This document shows positions 44,816 to 55,868 of a stretch of 64,000 nt of DNA, piece after piece. The position numbers were made by a program, and so were the translations under genes. Position 1 is the stretch's first letter. Every line of letters starts with the position of its first letter. The DNA is from Strigamia acuminata (taxonomy: Eukaryota). The stretch covers positions 7,626,001-7,690,000 of the forward strand of contig OX442314.1 of the NCBI GenBank assembly GCA_949358305.1, given 5' to 3'. The notes beneath the pieces were generated by a model, which ran no database searches, was not told where the DNA came from, and worked only from the letters and a program-made list of their open reading frames with translations.

Positions 44816-44833
44816 ATCCCGGACAGGCCCCCA
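44816..44833 (-). other. A2 primer-binding site (tRNA-Pro-like)
   Basis: Identical to the A1 PBS. Confidence 0.8.
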
Positions 44834-44835
44834 CG

Positions 44836-45832
44836 TGTCGCGCTCAACTCTGTCTGTCGCTAACTCGTGGTATGAGTCACTTACTAATTTCGTAACACCG
44901 CTTTACTCAAGCGGTTACCCAAAAGAATGTAACACGGCAAACAATATAAAAGGGTAAATATAATAAATGTATTTATTATACGGGAATGTACAGGTAAAAG
45001 GTATAAAATATGTAAAGGAATAAGGGTAAAAGGTAAGGTGTGTGAAGTTGGCGGGAAACTGGTCGAGGTCGTCCTTTGTTGGCGCTCTGGATCCAGGATG
45101 GCGTCCGCGTGGCAACGTGGTGTCGTCTTGGGCCGGCGTGGCAATGAATGGCGTCCTCGTCTCACGTTTCTCGTTCGGTCCTTCGGGCTCACGCTGGTCG
45201 GGCGCGAGTGAATGCCTAAAAGGTCTTACTTCTGGTCTGTTGTCTAGGTTTAGGGTTTTGTTTAGGTGTCCGGCGATCACACAGCGGCGGACGCTTGGTG
45301 GTTCCCGGCGATACACACAGCGGCGGGAACGCTCGTCGTGGTTACTGCAATTTAGGCTTGTGCGACCGTTTGTCTGCACAACTCGCTAAATTGGAGTAGG
45401 GTTACTATTTCTAGCTGGCTTGCTAAAATAGTGTGGTAATCTTGTTTCGCAGGTTACTCTGCGGAGGTTAACACAAATCAATCGTACTCACGTTGGAAGT
45501 CCCTTGTCCTAGGTCACTCCTGAAGTCTTTGTACTTAGGCTTGATCGTTTTAGGACGTTTGGCTTTTACGTGTATCTTGGTTGATTTTTGTGTTGGTTCT
45601 GCCCGCTCAATGCAAGGCGAATTCCTTTGCACAAAGCGGGGGGTGACAGGTGACTAAAGCCACCCAATAGTGGAGAAGACGAATCTCCCCCACTCCCCCA
45701 GGGCAGACGCCCGTCCATTGACTGGATGTCAATGCTCTGAGGGAAGGGAGGCGCGCGTGCGACTCCCCTTCTTTACCCGTATGTAGGCCACGGGAGAAAC
45801 TCTTCGTGCCCCACCCCAGTCGGGTCACCACA
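44836..45832 (-). repeat. A2 5' LTR
   Basis: Direct repeat of 30608-31604. Confidence 0.95.
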
Positions 45833-45949
45833 ACTTCCACAGAGATGATTCTCATCTATAAACATTCACCACCTTATTGAAGATTTTAATAGTTTTAATG
45901 ATGTTACTAAATTCTTCAAGACAAGTTTACTTTATTAATCTATATAATT

Positions 45950-46520
45950 TTTTTTCGCCCAAAAAATGGCGTTTTTCGCTTAAAAAAAGGCATTTTTCGC
46001 CCAAAAAGCGGCGTTTTCGCCCAAAAAAGGCGTTTTCGCCCAAAAAATGGCGTTTTTTACACAAAAATGGCGTTTTTCGCACAGAAATGGCTTTTTTCGC
46101 CCAAAAAATGGCGTTTTTCGCCCAAAAATGGCGTTTTTCACACAAAAATGGCGTTTTTCGCCCAAAAAATGGCGTTTTTTACACAAAAATGGCGTTTTTC
46201 GCACAGAAATGGCTTTTTTCGCCCAAAAAATGGCATTTTTCGCCCAAAAATGGTGATTTCACCAAAAGTAATGTTTTCAACAAAACAAAAAGATGTTTTT
46301 TTTTTTAGCCAAAATGGTGTTTTTTAACCAAAAATTGTATTTTTTTTTGCCAGAGAATGGTATTTTTTTAACCAAAAATTGTATTTTTTTTTGTCAGAGA
46401 ATGGTATTTTTTTAACCAAAAATTGTATTTATTTTTGCCGAAAATATAGTGTTTTTGAATTTTAAATTGTTTTTTATCCAAAAAAATAATGTTTTTGCCC
46501 AAAAAATGTATTTTTACACC
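45950..46520 (+). repeat. ~19-20-bp minisatellite (TTTTCGCCCAAAAAATGGCG)n, degenerating rightwards
   Basis: Tandem units visible. Confidence 0.9.
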
Positions 46521-46593
46521 AAAAATATCAATGAAACATGCTATTTTTTTTACTTCTGATCCAGCGCCCAATTTTCATAATAAAAGTTAATTT

Positions 46594-47150
46594 CATTAGT
46601 GAGTTTGCGGTTGCCAATTGTTCCTTATAATTATGAGTTACAAGCTCATAATTATAATTATAATTACTTCTTGGATTAGGCACTTGCGGTACAACAAATA
46701 TATTTTATAAATTATACTTATAAATACCATGTGAACAGTACAAATCCCTTGTATGTAATAGTAGAACAAATCCATATGCAAAAGAAAATAAAAATCTGTA
46801 GTTTTACTAATTTGACATTTTTCAGACATAAAATTGTCTTCCAGTTTATCTATTTGCTTACCTGGAATGATTTTAGTTGTTTCTATCCTTCGATGGCAGA
46901 AAGAAATTGTGATTGAGGCTGAATGTTGAAACAGGTCAGGCAGCCATTTTGAATTTCTATTAGCACCATCAGCGCCATTTGCAATAGTGGGAGGAGCTTA
47001 AAATAGTGTTAAGCGATCTGATTGGCTCCCTTATTTTACAAAATAGTGTAAAAATTGAGGAGTTACGTTATGTTATAAGTCCAATTTTATAATTATGAGC
47101 TTGTCACTCATAATTATAAGGAACAATTGGCAACCGCAAACTCACTATTG
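46594..47150. mobile_element. ~555-bp non-autonomous TIR element (copy 2)
   Basis: Near-identical to 4690-5244; same TIR. Confidence 0.85.
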
Positions 47151-47719
47151 GCATTTTCTGAAGAAATACAGATAACTCATCATGTGTTTATATGGCTACA
47201 AATTTTTTTTAGATGTTTTTATATATTTTGCAAGCTTTATTCTCCACTCTTTTGGAAGTTTTTCATGTTTTTCTCTCACCCCTCCATCCAGAAGTCCAGG
47301 TAATCGATCTCGCTGTGCTACACTTAATTTTGGTGCCATGTTAACATCAAATTTTTGCAAACTAAGTGTTTAATTCTTTTCCTTTAACCATGTTAGGAGT
47401 ATGCAAATTTTGTGTGGTTTTAGAGTTTGAATACATCAAGGAAATAAAATACAACAAAAGTTAAGATTTATTTTTTATTATATATTTAAAATTTTAATTT
47501 ACAATAACCTGGTCCTGTGTAAGTGGATTTGGAATGATATTTATTTAATGTTTACATCAAACTGTATAGAAGGAGAATTTAATTATAAAAACAAATAATA
47601 AACCTGAAAATCTAGAAATAGTATTATTTGATTAAAAGAAGCAAATCCTAAAATAAATTTTTTAATTTGAAAAGTTTGTTATTATTTGAAATCACAACTT
47701 TTCTTAGGAATCCAAAAAA

Positions 47720-47992
47720 TGGTAAAATTTGTGCAAAAACTTGGCACAATGTGTGCAAAAACGTGATAAAATGTGTGCAAAAACTTGGCACAATGTGTGC
47801 CGAAACGTGACAAAATGTGTGCAAAAACGTGGTAAAATGTGTGCCAAAACGTGGCAAAATGTGTGAAAAAACGTGCCAAAATGTGTGCCAAAACGTGGCA
47901 AAATGTGTGCAAAAACGTGGCAAAATGTGTGCTAAAACGTGGCAAAATGTAAGCAAAAACTTGTTAAAATATGTGCAAAAACGTGGTAAAAT
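47720..47992 (-). repeat. 22-bp minisatellite in the right TIR of the Tc1-like element
   Basis: Reverse complement of the 29370-29660 unit. Confidence 0.9.
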
Positions 47993-49241
47993 GACCTGAC
48001 TAAATTTCCTTTAAGTTCACTAAAAATCTAAGTGTTAGTTGCATTTAAACCTGCAGTTGCCCCCAGGAAAAGTAGACTGCTCTGGCCGCCAGTGGCGGAA
48101 AATTGAACTGCTCATTTAGAGCTGGAGCAGCGTGAGTGCATGTGAAGATTTTTTTCGCCATAGGTGTACAATCAATTACCATCCCTGATAGTCTTCCAGG
48201 GCTGGACAAGAGAGCACGCCGCCGCACCGATGACTTCGGTCGTTGACCTTGCGGTGGAACGCGACTACGTGGAGATGCTTGCAGGTATACCGAGGGTGGA
48301 AAATTCAAGCCACCAGCGAATAATCACGACAGCTATTCACGAGCCGTAGCCTACTGAGATGCGGGAGACGCCGGGAATGACTGTGCCGCCACCACCGCCT
48401 CCGACTTTCGAGGAGGTGAGGGTTCTGCGACCCCTAAAACTAGGCGGTGTTCGGGACCACTGCCATCGAGCGGTCCACGACCTCGTCTAGCATGCACACA
48501 CGGCTCGCAGTGGAAATGGGAAGGGAAAGAAATCCCGCCAGCCCGCTGCTGGGTTGTCGTTGTAGTCATCGCACGCGACGGTAGAGGAGATCCCTCAGGT
48601 CACTCTTCCTCCGTCAATTCAGGAGTTGTTGGAGGCAGCGCATAATGCACCGTCACCAGCAGCAATCCAGGAAGTAGTGGTCGTGACCGATGAGGAGTCG
48701 AAAAACACCAAACGTCGTCGCTATCGCCCAAGGATGCGCCAGGGCCTTGAACAGCCCGGGTAGTCGCCCTAGAGCTCAACTACATTGTACAAACGACGGA
48801 CCTTTGTGGCCCCGATTTAATTCAGGATCCCGCTGGATGCCAGCCTGATGTAGACGACAAACTTATCAAAATTGAACATTGTTGATAGTGTTATTGATAA
48901 TTAGGTAATCATTGTGTTTTTTATAACAGTTCATTTTTTATCCTTTGATGTGTGAAAAACAATGTTTAAATTCCCATGGGGGGATATTGTGGATTGAATG
49001 TTAATTTAAATTTTTTTTTGATTATTGCCACCGGTTTGCGCTGTGTTGCTTTTCACTTATACTCGCCATTTTGTATGCAACTGTATGTAACCTATTTGTT
49101 CACGGCAGTAAAAATCCCATTAATATTGCAAGATGTTTGAATTCATCTATCAAAATTTCAATATTAATAACATCATTTGCAGCCCATACAAAATTATCAA
49201 CCTATAAATTAGCCTGCTATATTTGGCCAAACATTAAATTA

Positions 49242-50335
49242 CAGTGGGGGGCAAAAGTAAGTTAACAAACACATCATGTTGATTCTAACGGCTGTACCTC
49301 AGGAAAAAAGAGAGGAAAATCAATGAAATTTTAACTGGATCCTTGTATAACATCCTACTTTATTCACCTAAAATTTTATCAAAATCTATCCATTAGTTTC
49401 TGAGAAAAAAATTTGTTTGTGAAGAGACATCAAAAAGTAAGAGGCAAAAGTAAGTTAACATCCCCATTATCCACAAACAATTAGCCATTCCCATTATAAA
49501 ATATCCGGCAAATATTAAAATTTATCCATAAACACATGTGTAGTCACTCATACACTTCATTAAAACATCCAAACCACAAGCAATCCCATTGTGAAACACT
49601 GAGCAATTGCCTTGACTTTATGCATAGAATCATTTTTCTGCTGAAATATCCATGTCAAAGGCAGTTTATCATCTGCAAATGGAAGCATAACAGTCCTCCA
49701 ATACTTTTTTATAAGTATATTTGTCAATGATACTCTTAATTTAATGTTGTGGACCGATATCCATACAGGAAACCATCCCTAAGCCATTTTACTATTGGGA
49801 TGGTTTTTCCATATGGATATCGGTCCACAACATTAAATTAAGGGTATCATGGACAAATATACTTATAAAAAAGTATTGGAGGACTGTTATGCTTCCATTT
49901 GCAGATGATAAACTGCCTTTGACATGGATATTTCAGCAGAAAAATGATTCTATGCATAAAATCAAGGCAATTGCTCAGTGTTTCACAATGGGATTGCTTG
50001 TGGTTTGGATGTTTTAATGAAGTGTATGAGTGACTACACATGTGTTTATGGATAAATTTTAATATTTGTCGCATATTTTATAATGGGAATGGCTAATTGT
50101 TTGTGGATAATGGTTATGTTAACTTACTTTTGCCTCTTACTTTTTGATGTCTCTTCACAAACAAATTTTTTTCTCAGAAACTAACGGATAGATTTTGATA
50201 AAATTTTAGTTGAATAAAGTGGGATGTTGTATAAGTATCCAGTTAAAATTTCATTGATTTTCCTTTCTTTTTTCCTGAGATACAGCCGTTAGAATCAACA
50301 TGATGTGTTTGTTAACTTACTTTTGCCCCCCACTG
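49242..50335. mobile_element. Tc1-derived foldback element (~540-bp arms) carrying transposase fragments
   Basis: TIR CAGTGGGGGGCAAAAGTAAGTTAAC; TA flanks (49240-41, 50336-37); arms encode GIMDKY..VMLPFADDKLPLTWIFQQKND. Confidence 0.9.
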
Positions 50336-50816
50336 TAACTCATGTTGAATGTGATGTGTTTGCCTCGACATAACGTACCTCACCCCTCTATGTTACACCC
50401 TTGGTTGTCAACTTAACAAGGGGTGCTACATAGATATAAAACATGTATGAAATTCCAAGATTCCACAGATTCCAATTTCAGAAATCTACGCAAATCTCAT
50501 AAAATCTCGCAAAATTTTGCAAGATTATAGCCAAATCCTGAGATTCCAGAATCCAGATTGCAGAGATCCCTTAGTGGAATCTTACAGGGTGTACGAGATT
50601 CCATCCCAATATTGGACCCATGCAACTTACTCTTTTGTGGTATTTTTAAAAAGGTGTAAATTTATTCCAGTACAGAGTAACTTTACACCTTAATGTCAGC
50701 TTAAAGGGAATAAGAACAGTCAATGCGGTAAATAATATTAAAAAGCGCTTGCAAAAGGCATGATAAGCACTAGGTCCTACAAGAGCTTTTCACAAAAGAA
50801 TAAAAATGCTTACCGT

Positions 50817-52562
50817 TGTGACGATTCTACTTTCAGGGCTGATTTATTAGTCCAATTGAGATAGATAATTCGGTTTATACAAGACGTTGCTAAGTTTAGC
50901 AACAACCTAACCGAGATAAGCTACGGAAGTCTTTATAAACATGGCACGTGATCGAATAGAAATAACTTACAGTTTTAGTGTGACATAACATATTTATTAC
51001 TAAATATTAACGACAAATGATGGGTTCTTGACGCGTGTAAACGGGCGGCATCAACTGGTTGAGGATCCGGGCGAAGCCAGAGGGGTACGGCTGACTTGCG
51101 GCATCGTCACAAATATCGCTACGGAGACGTATTTGGTCCGCAGCTCGAGTATCTAATAATGCGAAGAGTCCTTCGCATAAGTAGGAATATTCAGCAGAAT
51201 ATTCCATGTTCCAAATGAATAAAAGTAAAGTAATTAGTGGAATACAACAAATGCATTGTTGTATAAATATTAATTGGGCGGGGACCGTCACGACAATTGA
51301 GAGAACGTCGCGGGAGTTGTTGAGACTCCATCCGCCAGCATGCCTTACGACGACAAGATCTCGTGATCAGGCGCCGAGTATTTAATTGTGTGCTTTAACT
51401 CGCTATCGGTGGTACCAACCACCAGGTAAACATTTCTATGGACTTACCGGTATGAAAAGATATTGCCAATACAGGATTACCAATGCCCGAGTAATTTGTT
51501 TAACACAGTGTTGTTCAACTCCTGTTCACGGGTTACTAACCCGGAGGGTACGATGGGGCGGGGACCGTCACGACGGTCGAGAGAACCATCGCGGGAGGTT
51601 TTGACACCTCCATCCGCCAGCATGCCTTACGATGGCGAGATCAGCAGATCGAGCACCGGGTAAAATATTATTTGGCCACTGCCGTTGGATTACCATTATC
51701 CAGGTAGTTGTTTTATCGCAACATCTTTAGATATTACTCACGGGCTACCAACCCGGCGTGTTACCTGTGCATTAAGCCTTTACCGACTTTTAACGAGCGG
51801 AAGGACCAATCGTAGAAAGACGGGAACCTGCGTGGGCTGTTTACAACAACCATCCTGCAGCGGACTGTGGCCAGTTAGCTGAGGGACCTACTTTCATTTA
51901 GCAAGGTCGTACTGTATACGACCGTTATATTAAGCCACCGTACGAAGTCGTACTGTCCCGTAGAACAGCTGGCTAACGTTACGGGGCCATTTCATGCGAA
52001 TGCATGTCTATTACCGGAGTTGGCCTTCCCGAAATAGCCCTACAACAGCAATAACAAAATAGTAATGAATACTAACTGTGGAGAGCTGAGGTGGCCTGAT
52101 GTGTCGATAGAGAATAATGAAATCAAACGATAACAATTCAACTACAGACAATATACAAGTTCAGTTATCAAGCCAGGGGATGGGAGAGTGAGAAACTGGA
52201 GCTTATATAGTTCTGTAGAACTACTAGATTGGCGACAGCCAATCAGCGTACGAATCGGCGGATTCGTGGGTCACTAGTTCGGACCTAATATATGACTATG
52301 TCCAGATGGGCCCAGTTGGGGTCCGGAAGGGTCCAATTGGTTCCCTTCGACAGGTAAGTAATGTGGATATTGATTCGATGGAATCAACATCATTAAGTAA
52401 TTAATACTTAATTCATTGAATAAAATAGTTATATTTTATTCACCGTGTCTTAAATAATTATTTATCACACTTTTTAGTTTTAACCGAGTTTGGAATACGC
52501 GCGTTGGTTAAACAGCGCCATCTATGGTGAACATTGATAACTATCGATTTGTAATCATCACA
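50817..52562 (-). repeat. B2 3' LTR (1746 bp)
   Basis: TGTGA/TCACA termini; homologous to 1079-2819. Confidence 0.94.
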
Positions 52563-53300
52563 CATCCCCCGGTGACAAGCATAGAGTTTACTAACTCTCG
52601 ATTGTCATTCTTAATGGATAAGAATGTTCACCTAATTCTATCGAATTAATCCACTTGGTAAGTATTTTATTAACTTAATCATGTTATTTCTTTCAGAAAC
52701 TTCGTTACCCGATTAGACTAATCACTTCTCTGCACTGCGCAACTCCCGGTTGCTAAGCGACGCAAATGAACTCGTCCGAACATGGATACATGTTCGAGAA
52801 CATACAAATTTCGATAGAAATTTTATTTCTCCGTCAAATAAACTTATTCATAGTTTATTAATCAACAAGATAGTCAATAAAAATAAATTTATGCAAAGCT
52901 TTATTTATCGAAAATCTAAACTACTAATTCTTTATTATGAATGTCATAAAAAATTAACGAATTTCAACTTGAAATTCTTTAACGCTTCGATCAAAGCAAA
53001 ATAAACACAAAGTTTCCACAAATAATTATGAAATTTGCAAATAAACATATATTAATATGATTAGTTCAAAATAACAACCAAATTGAATTCGGAAAACAAA
53101 ACAAATTAAATTGAATTCAATTTTAAATCAAACTATATTCTTATGAATATTTAAATAATTAGTTCAAAATCTTGAAACCAAACAAACACAACACTCATGA
53201 GAATATTTCTTAATTGCAAAAACACAACAAAACACTGGGAGTATTTTTAGTCATAAAAATCTCCACTCGGAAAAATAAACGAATGTTAACTTTGTCCCTT

Positions 53301-54821
53301 TTACTCCTTCTTTTCGACGTCAGTCGAATCTTTTTCTTCCTTTTTCTCGACTTCAGCTGAAGTCAGAAAATCCGATTCTTCAGTCGCCTCTGTCGAGACG
53401 GCAGAAAATACAGCTTCTTCCGGCGCTTCGATTTCATCCGGACTCGGAGGCGGAAACGGCATGTCGTCGAGAAGCTCAGCCACGAAATCAACGACTGAAA
53501 GCAGCTCCTCGGCGTCCTCGAACTGCGCGTCGTCCGAAGTCTCAGACTTAGACGCTGGAGGGGCGCTAGACACGTCGGTTACGGCCGTTGGAGGATCCTC
53601 CACGGGTTTAGACAACGTTTCAACAGCCTGTTGAAGCTTACGAGCTCGCCCTCGTGCCAAGATGTTGGTTCGTTGAACCTTGGCAATTTCTCTCGCTCGG
53701 TCGAGCGTCAGACAGCCTCGTCCTCGTGACATCGCTCTTGGTCGAACGAATTCCTCTACAACCTCGCTTCCAACGCTGTCGGCGGCCTGGACAGTTTCAG
53801 TTGAAACTTCGGAGTCCTCGGACGGCGGCGGCGACTGTCGAAGGAGTTCGACTCTTACGCCGGCGTTGGCTTCAGCGCGAGCCCAGGTGAGGAAGCGCGG
53901 GTCGATGTAAACCGCTTCGCCGCGACTATTCAGGAAAAGTCGGCACTTTGGGCAGTGAGCCCAACATCGCTTTTCGTTCGGCTTAATGCCTTTCACCACG
54001 TGGGGCTGAACCTCCTTGCGCCACGGCTCCGAACGCGGTCGCGTTTTCCTTCCTCGACAGTTTGGACATCTCATTAATGAGGAACCTGCGGATGCACCGC
54101 AGCACCACCCACAGCCGACGCAAAATGGGCAGATCGTCTCTGTGGCTTGGTCCGTCACGATGTTATCGTGAGGTATTCCGGCTGCCATGTCACGCTCGCA
54201 CTGTTCTTTGCGCAGGCGGGCCTTCTCGTCCTTCTTTCGTGCCTTATTGGCCGCTCGATACTCGCGGTTGCGAGAAACAGGCTCCGAATAACGCAGAGCG
54301 CCCGGCGGCGGCTCATTCCATCCGTATTCAGATGCCGAAGACTCAGCACCAGCAGGAAGATGCGTAGCAGACGTTGATTGTCCCGTCACAGTCGGTGCAG
54401 CCGCATTCGACGTGTTGGCGACGGTGGGCGCCACGCTTGCAGTTGGCGGCCGAAATTCGGGTGAATGCGGGGCCAACGGGACGTTGATAACGTTTGTGGG
54501 CGGATACGCCACCTGGGCCAGCGGGGTCAATTGCGCCGACTCATAAATAGTTGGCTGCGCAGAAGTGGATGGGGCCTGCATCATCGCATTTAAGTCGAGC
54601 GGAAGTCCGTCCGGATGGACACTGAGCCAATTTAGCGTCGCGAGTTGCAGCGGAGTCAGGGCGTACATCGAGGCGGGCGCCGTCGATATCGGTTGGGCCC
54701 TCATGTAGGCACGTTCCGCTGAACGGCGTTGCTCGTCACTAGACGAGGTGGACGAGCTGGACGAGCTTTCATGACGGTGTCGTCGATGACTCCGTTTTGA
54801 GCGGTGTTTACCACTTCCCAT
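53301..54821 (-). CDS. ORF3 of family B (506 aa): basic/Ser N-terminus, Cys-rich putative Zn-binding module, acidic tail; non-Env
   Basis: Open frame between pol and PPT; CPFCVGCGWCC..CPNC..CWAHCPKC; C-terminus conserved in B1; ATG directly after a CAG acceptor. Confidence 0.86.
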   Translation of the reverse strand: MGSGKHRSKRSHRRHRHESSSSSSTSSSDEQRRSAERAYMRAQPISTAPASMYALTPLQLATLNWLSVHPDGLPLDLNAMMQAPSTSAQPTIYESAQLTPLAQVAYPPTNVINVPLAPHSPEFRPPTASVAPTVANTSNAAAPTVTGQSTSATHLPAGAESSASEYGWNEPPPGALRYSEPVSRNREYRAANKARKKDEKARLRKEQCERDMAAGIPHDNIVTDQATETICPFCVGCGWCCGASAGSSLMRCPNCRGRKTRPRSEPWRKEVQPHVVKGIKPNEKRCWAHCPKCRLFLNSRGEAVYIDPRFLTWARAEANAGVRVELLRQSPPPSEDSEVSTETVQAADSVGSEVVEEFVRPRAMSRGRGCLTLDRAREIAKVQRTNILARGRARKLQQAVETLSKPVEDPPTAVTDVSSAPPASKSETSDDAQFEDAEELLSVVDFVAELLDDMPFPPPSPDEIEAPEEAVFSAVSTEATEESDFLTSAEVEKKEEKDSTDVEKKE

Positions 54822-55868
54822 CTGCAGACGCAAATAAATTATTTTATTAAAAATAATTCCACTCTAAATAATCATTCCTTGAGTCCAAAGAATTAAAACG
54901 TATTGTTCGCAACGAAAATACACAACTCGAGTTATTTATAACCCCTAACACGTGACACTAATGAGTCACATTCCCCTTGTGTTTATGACACGAGAATGGA
55001 CTCGCCTGACAGCGATTTTCATCGAAAATCGCAACTTGTTGATTTTTCAAAAGAAAAAATCCCCTTAGTTTTATAAACTATTTAATCCAACTTTCGAGTG
55101 TCAAGGATAACTTTCGTATTAATTAATTAACACTTAGTCTAATAATTTTTTACATCGAAAATTCACCGCTAAATAATTCATGCAAGCCTCGACCGCGACT
55201 TGATTTAAATAATTAGTGCCTACATACTTAAATCTTAATAATTCATTATTAATATTTAACCCAACTATTCGACTGAATAGCTAAACTTCCAGAGTGATTT
55301 TAGTGCCGATTCACGCTTATAATACACGTGAATTTTTTAACTTTTATCGGGACGCCGATAATTTATCAATTGTTGCGAACAATTTTCAATTCTTTGGTCA
55401 AAGAAAAATAACGAAACTACTTACTGTTGGAAGTTTCGTGTTTGAAGCTGGCTAAATGAATTAGCGTCGAAATTCTCAAGTCGAAAAAATGAAGAGGAGA
55501 CGAGGGGACGAAGTCACTTGTATCCACGTGTTTAACGAAGTGTTTGTGTGCAATGAACCCTGGGAATTTTATTCCCTATTAATTATCGGGTTCGAGGTTT
55601 AATCACACCTCGTAAATCTCGTATCCTCGTGAAGAGGCGAGAACATCACTTTTCAAAGTAATTCTCTGTATTTTAGTTAAACTACATGTAAATACAACCA
55701 AAAAATTAAAATATTCTATCGAATATTTAATTCATCGCAACAAATTCATATTTTAATATAAATTTTGATAAATATCGTAATATCTTGTCCCCCGGTGTTG
55801 AGATTATAAATCACTACACCTGTCAGACATGTAAATAATTACAGTCTTCAAGTTTTGAATAAAACTTA

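Larger units (their letters stand above)
30608..45832 (-). mobile_element. Ty3/gypsy family A copy A2 (LTR/ORF3 variant), integrase interrupted by a family-B solo LTR
   Basis: 997-bp LTRs (30608-31604, 44836-45832; at least 3 differences); ACTT TSD (30604-07, 45833-36); PBS 44816-44833; PPT 31607-31616. Confidence 0.96.
29196..48166 (-). mobile_element. Tc1-like (IS630-Tc1-mariner) DNA transposon with ~450-bp TIRs, interrupted by A2
   Basis: TIR CACCTATGGC(C/G)AAAAAAATCTTCAC at both ends; TA TSD (29194-95, 48167-68); 22-bp minisatellite inside both TIRs; transposase remnant inside. Confidence 0.88.
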
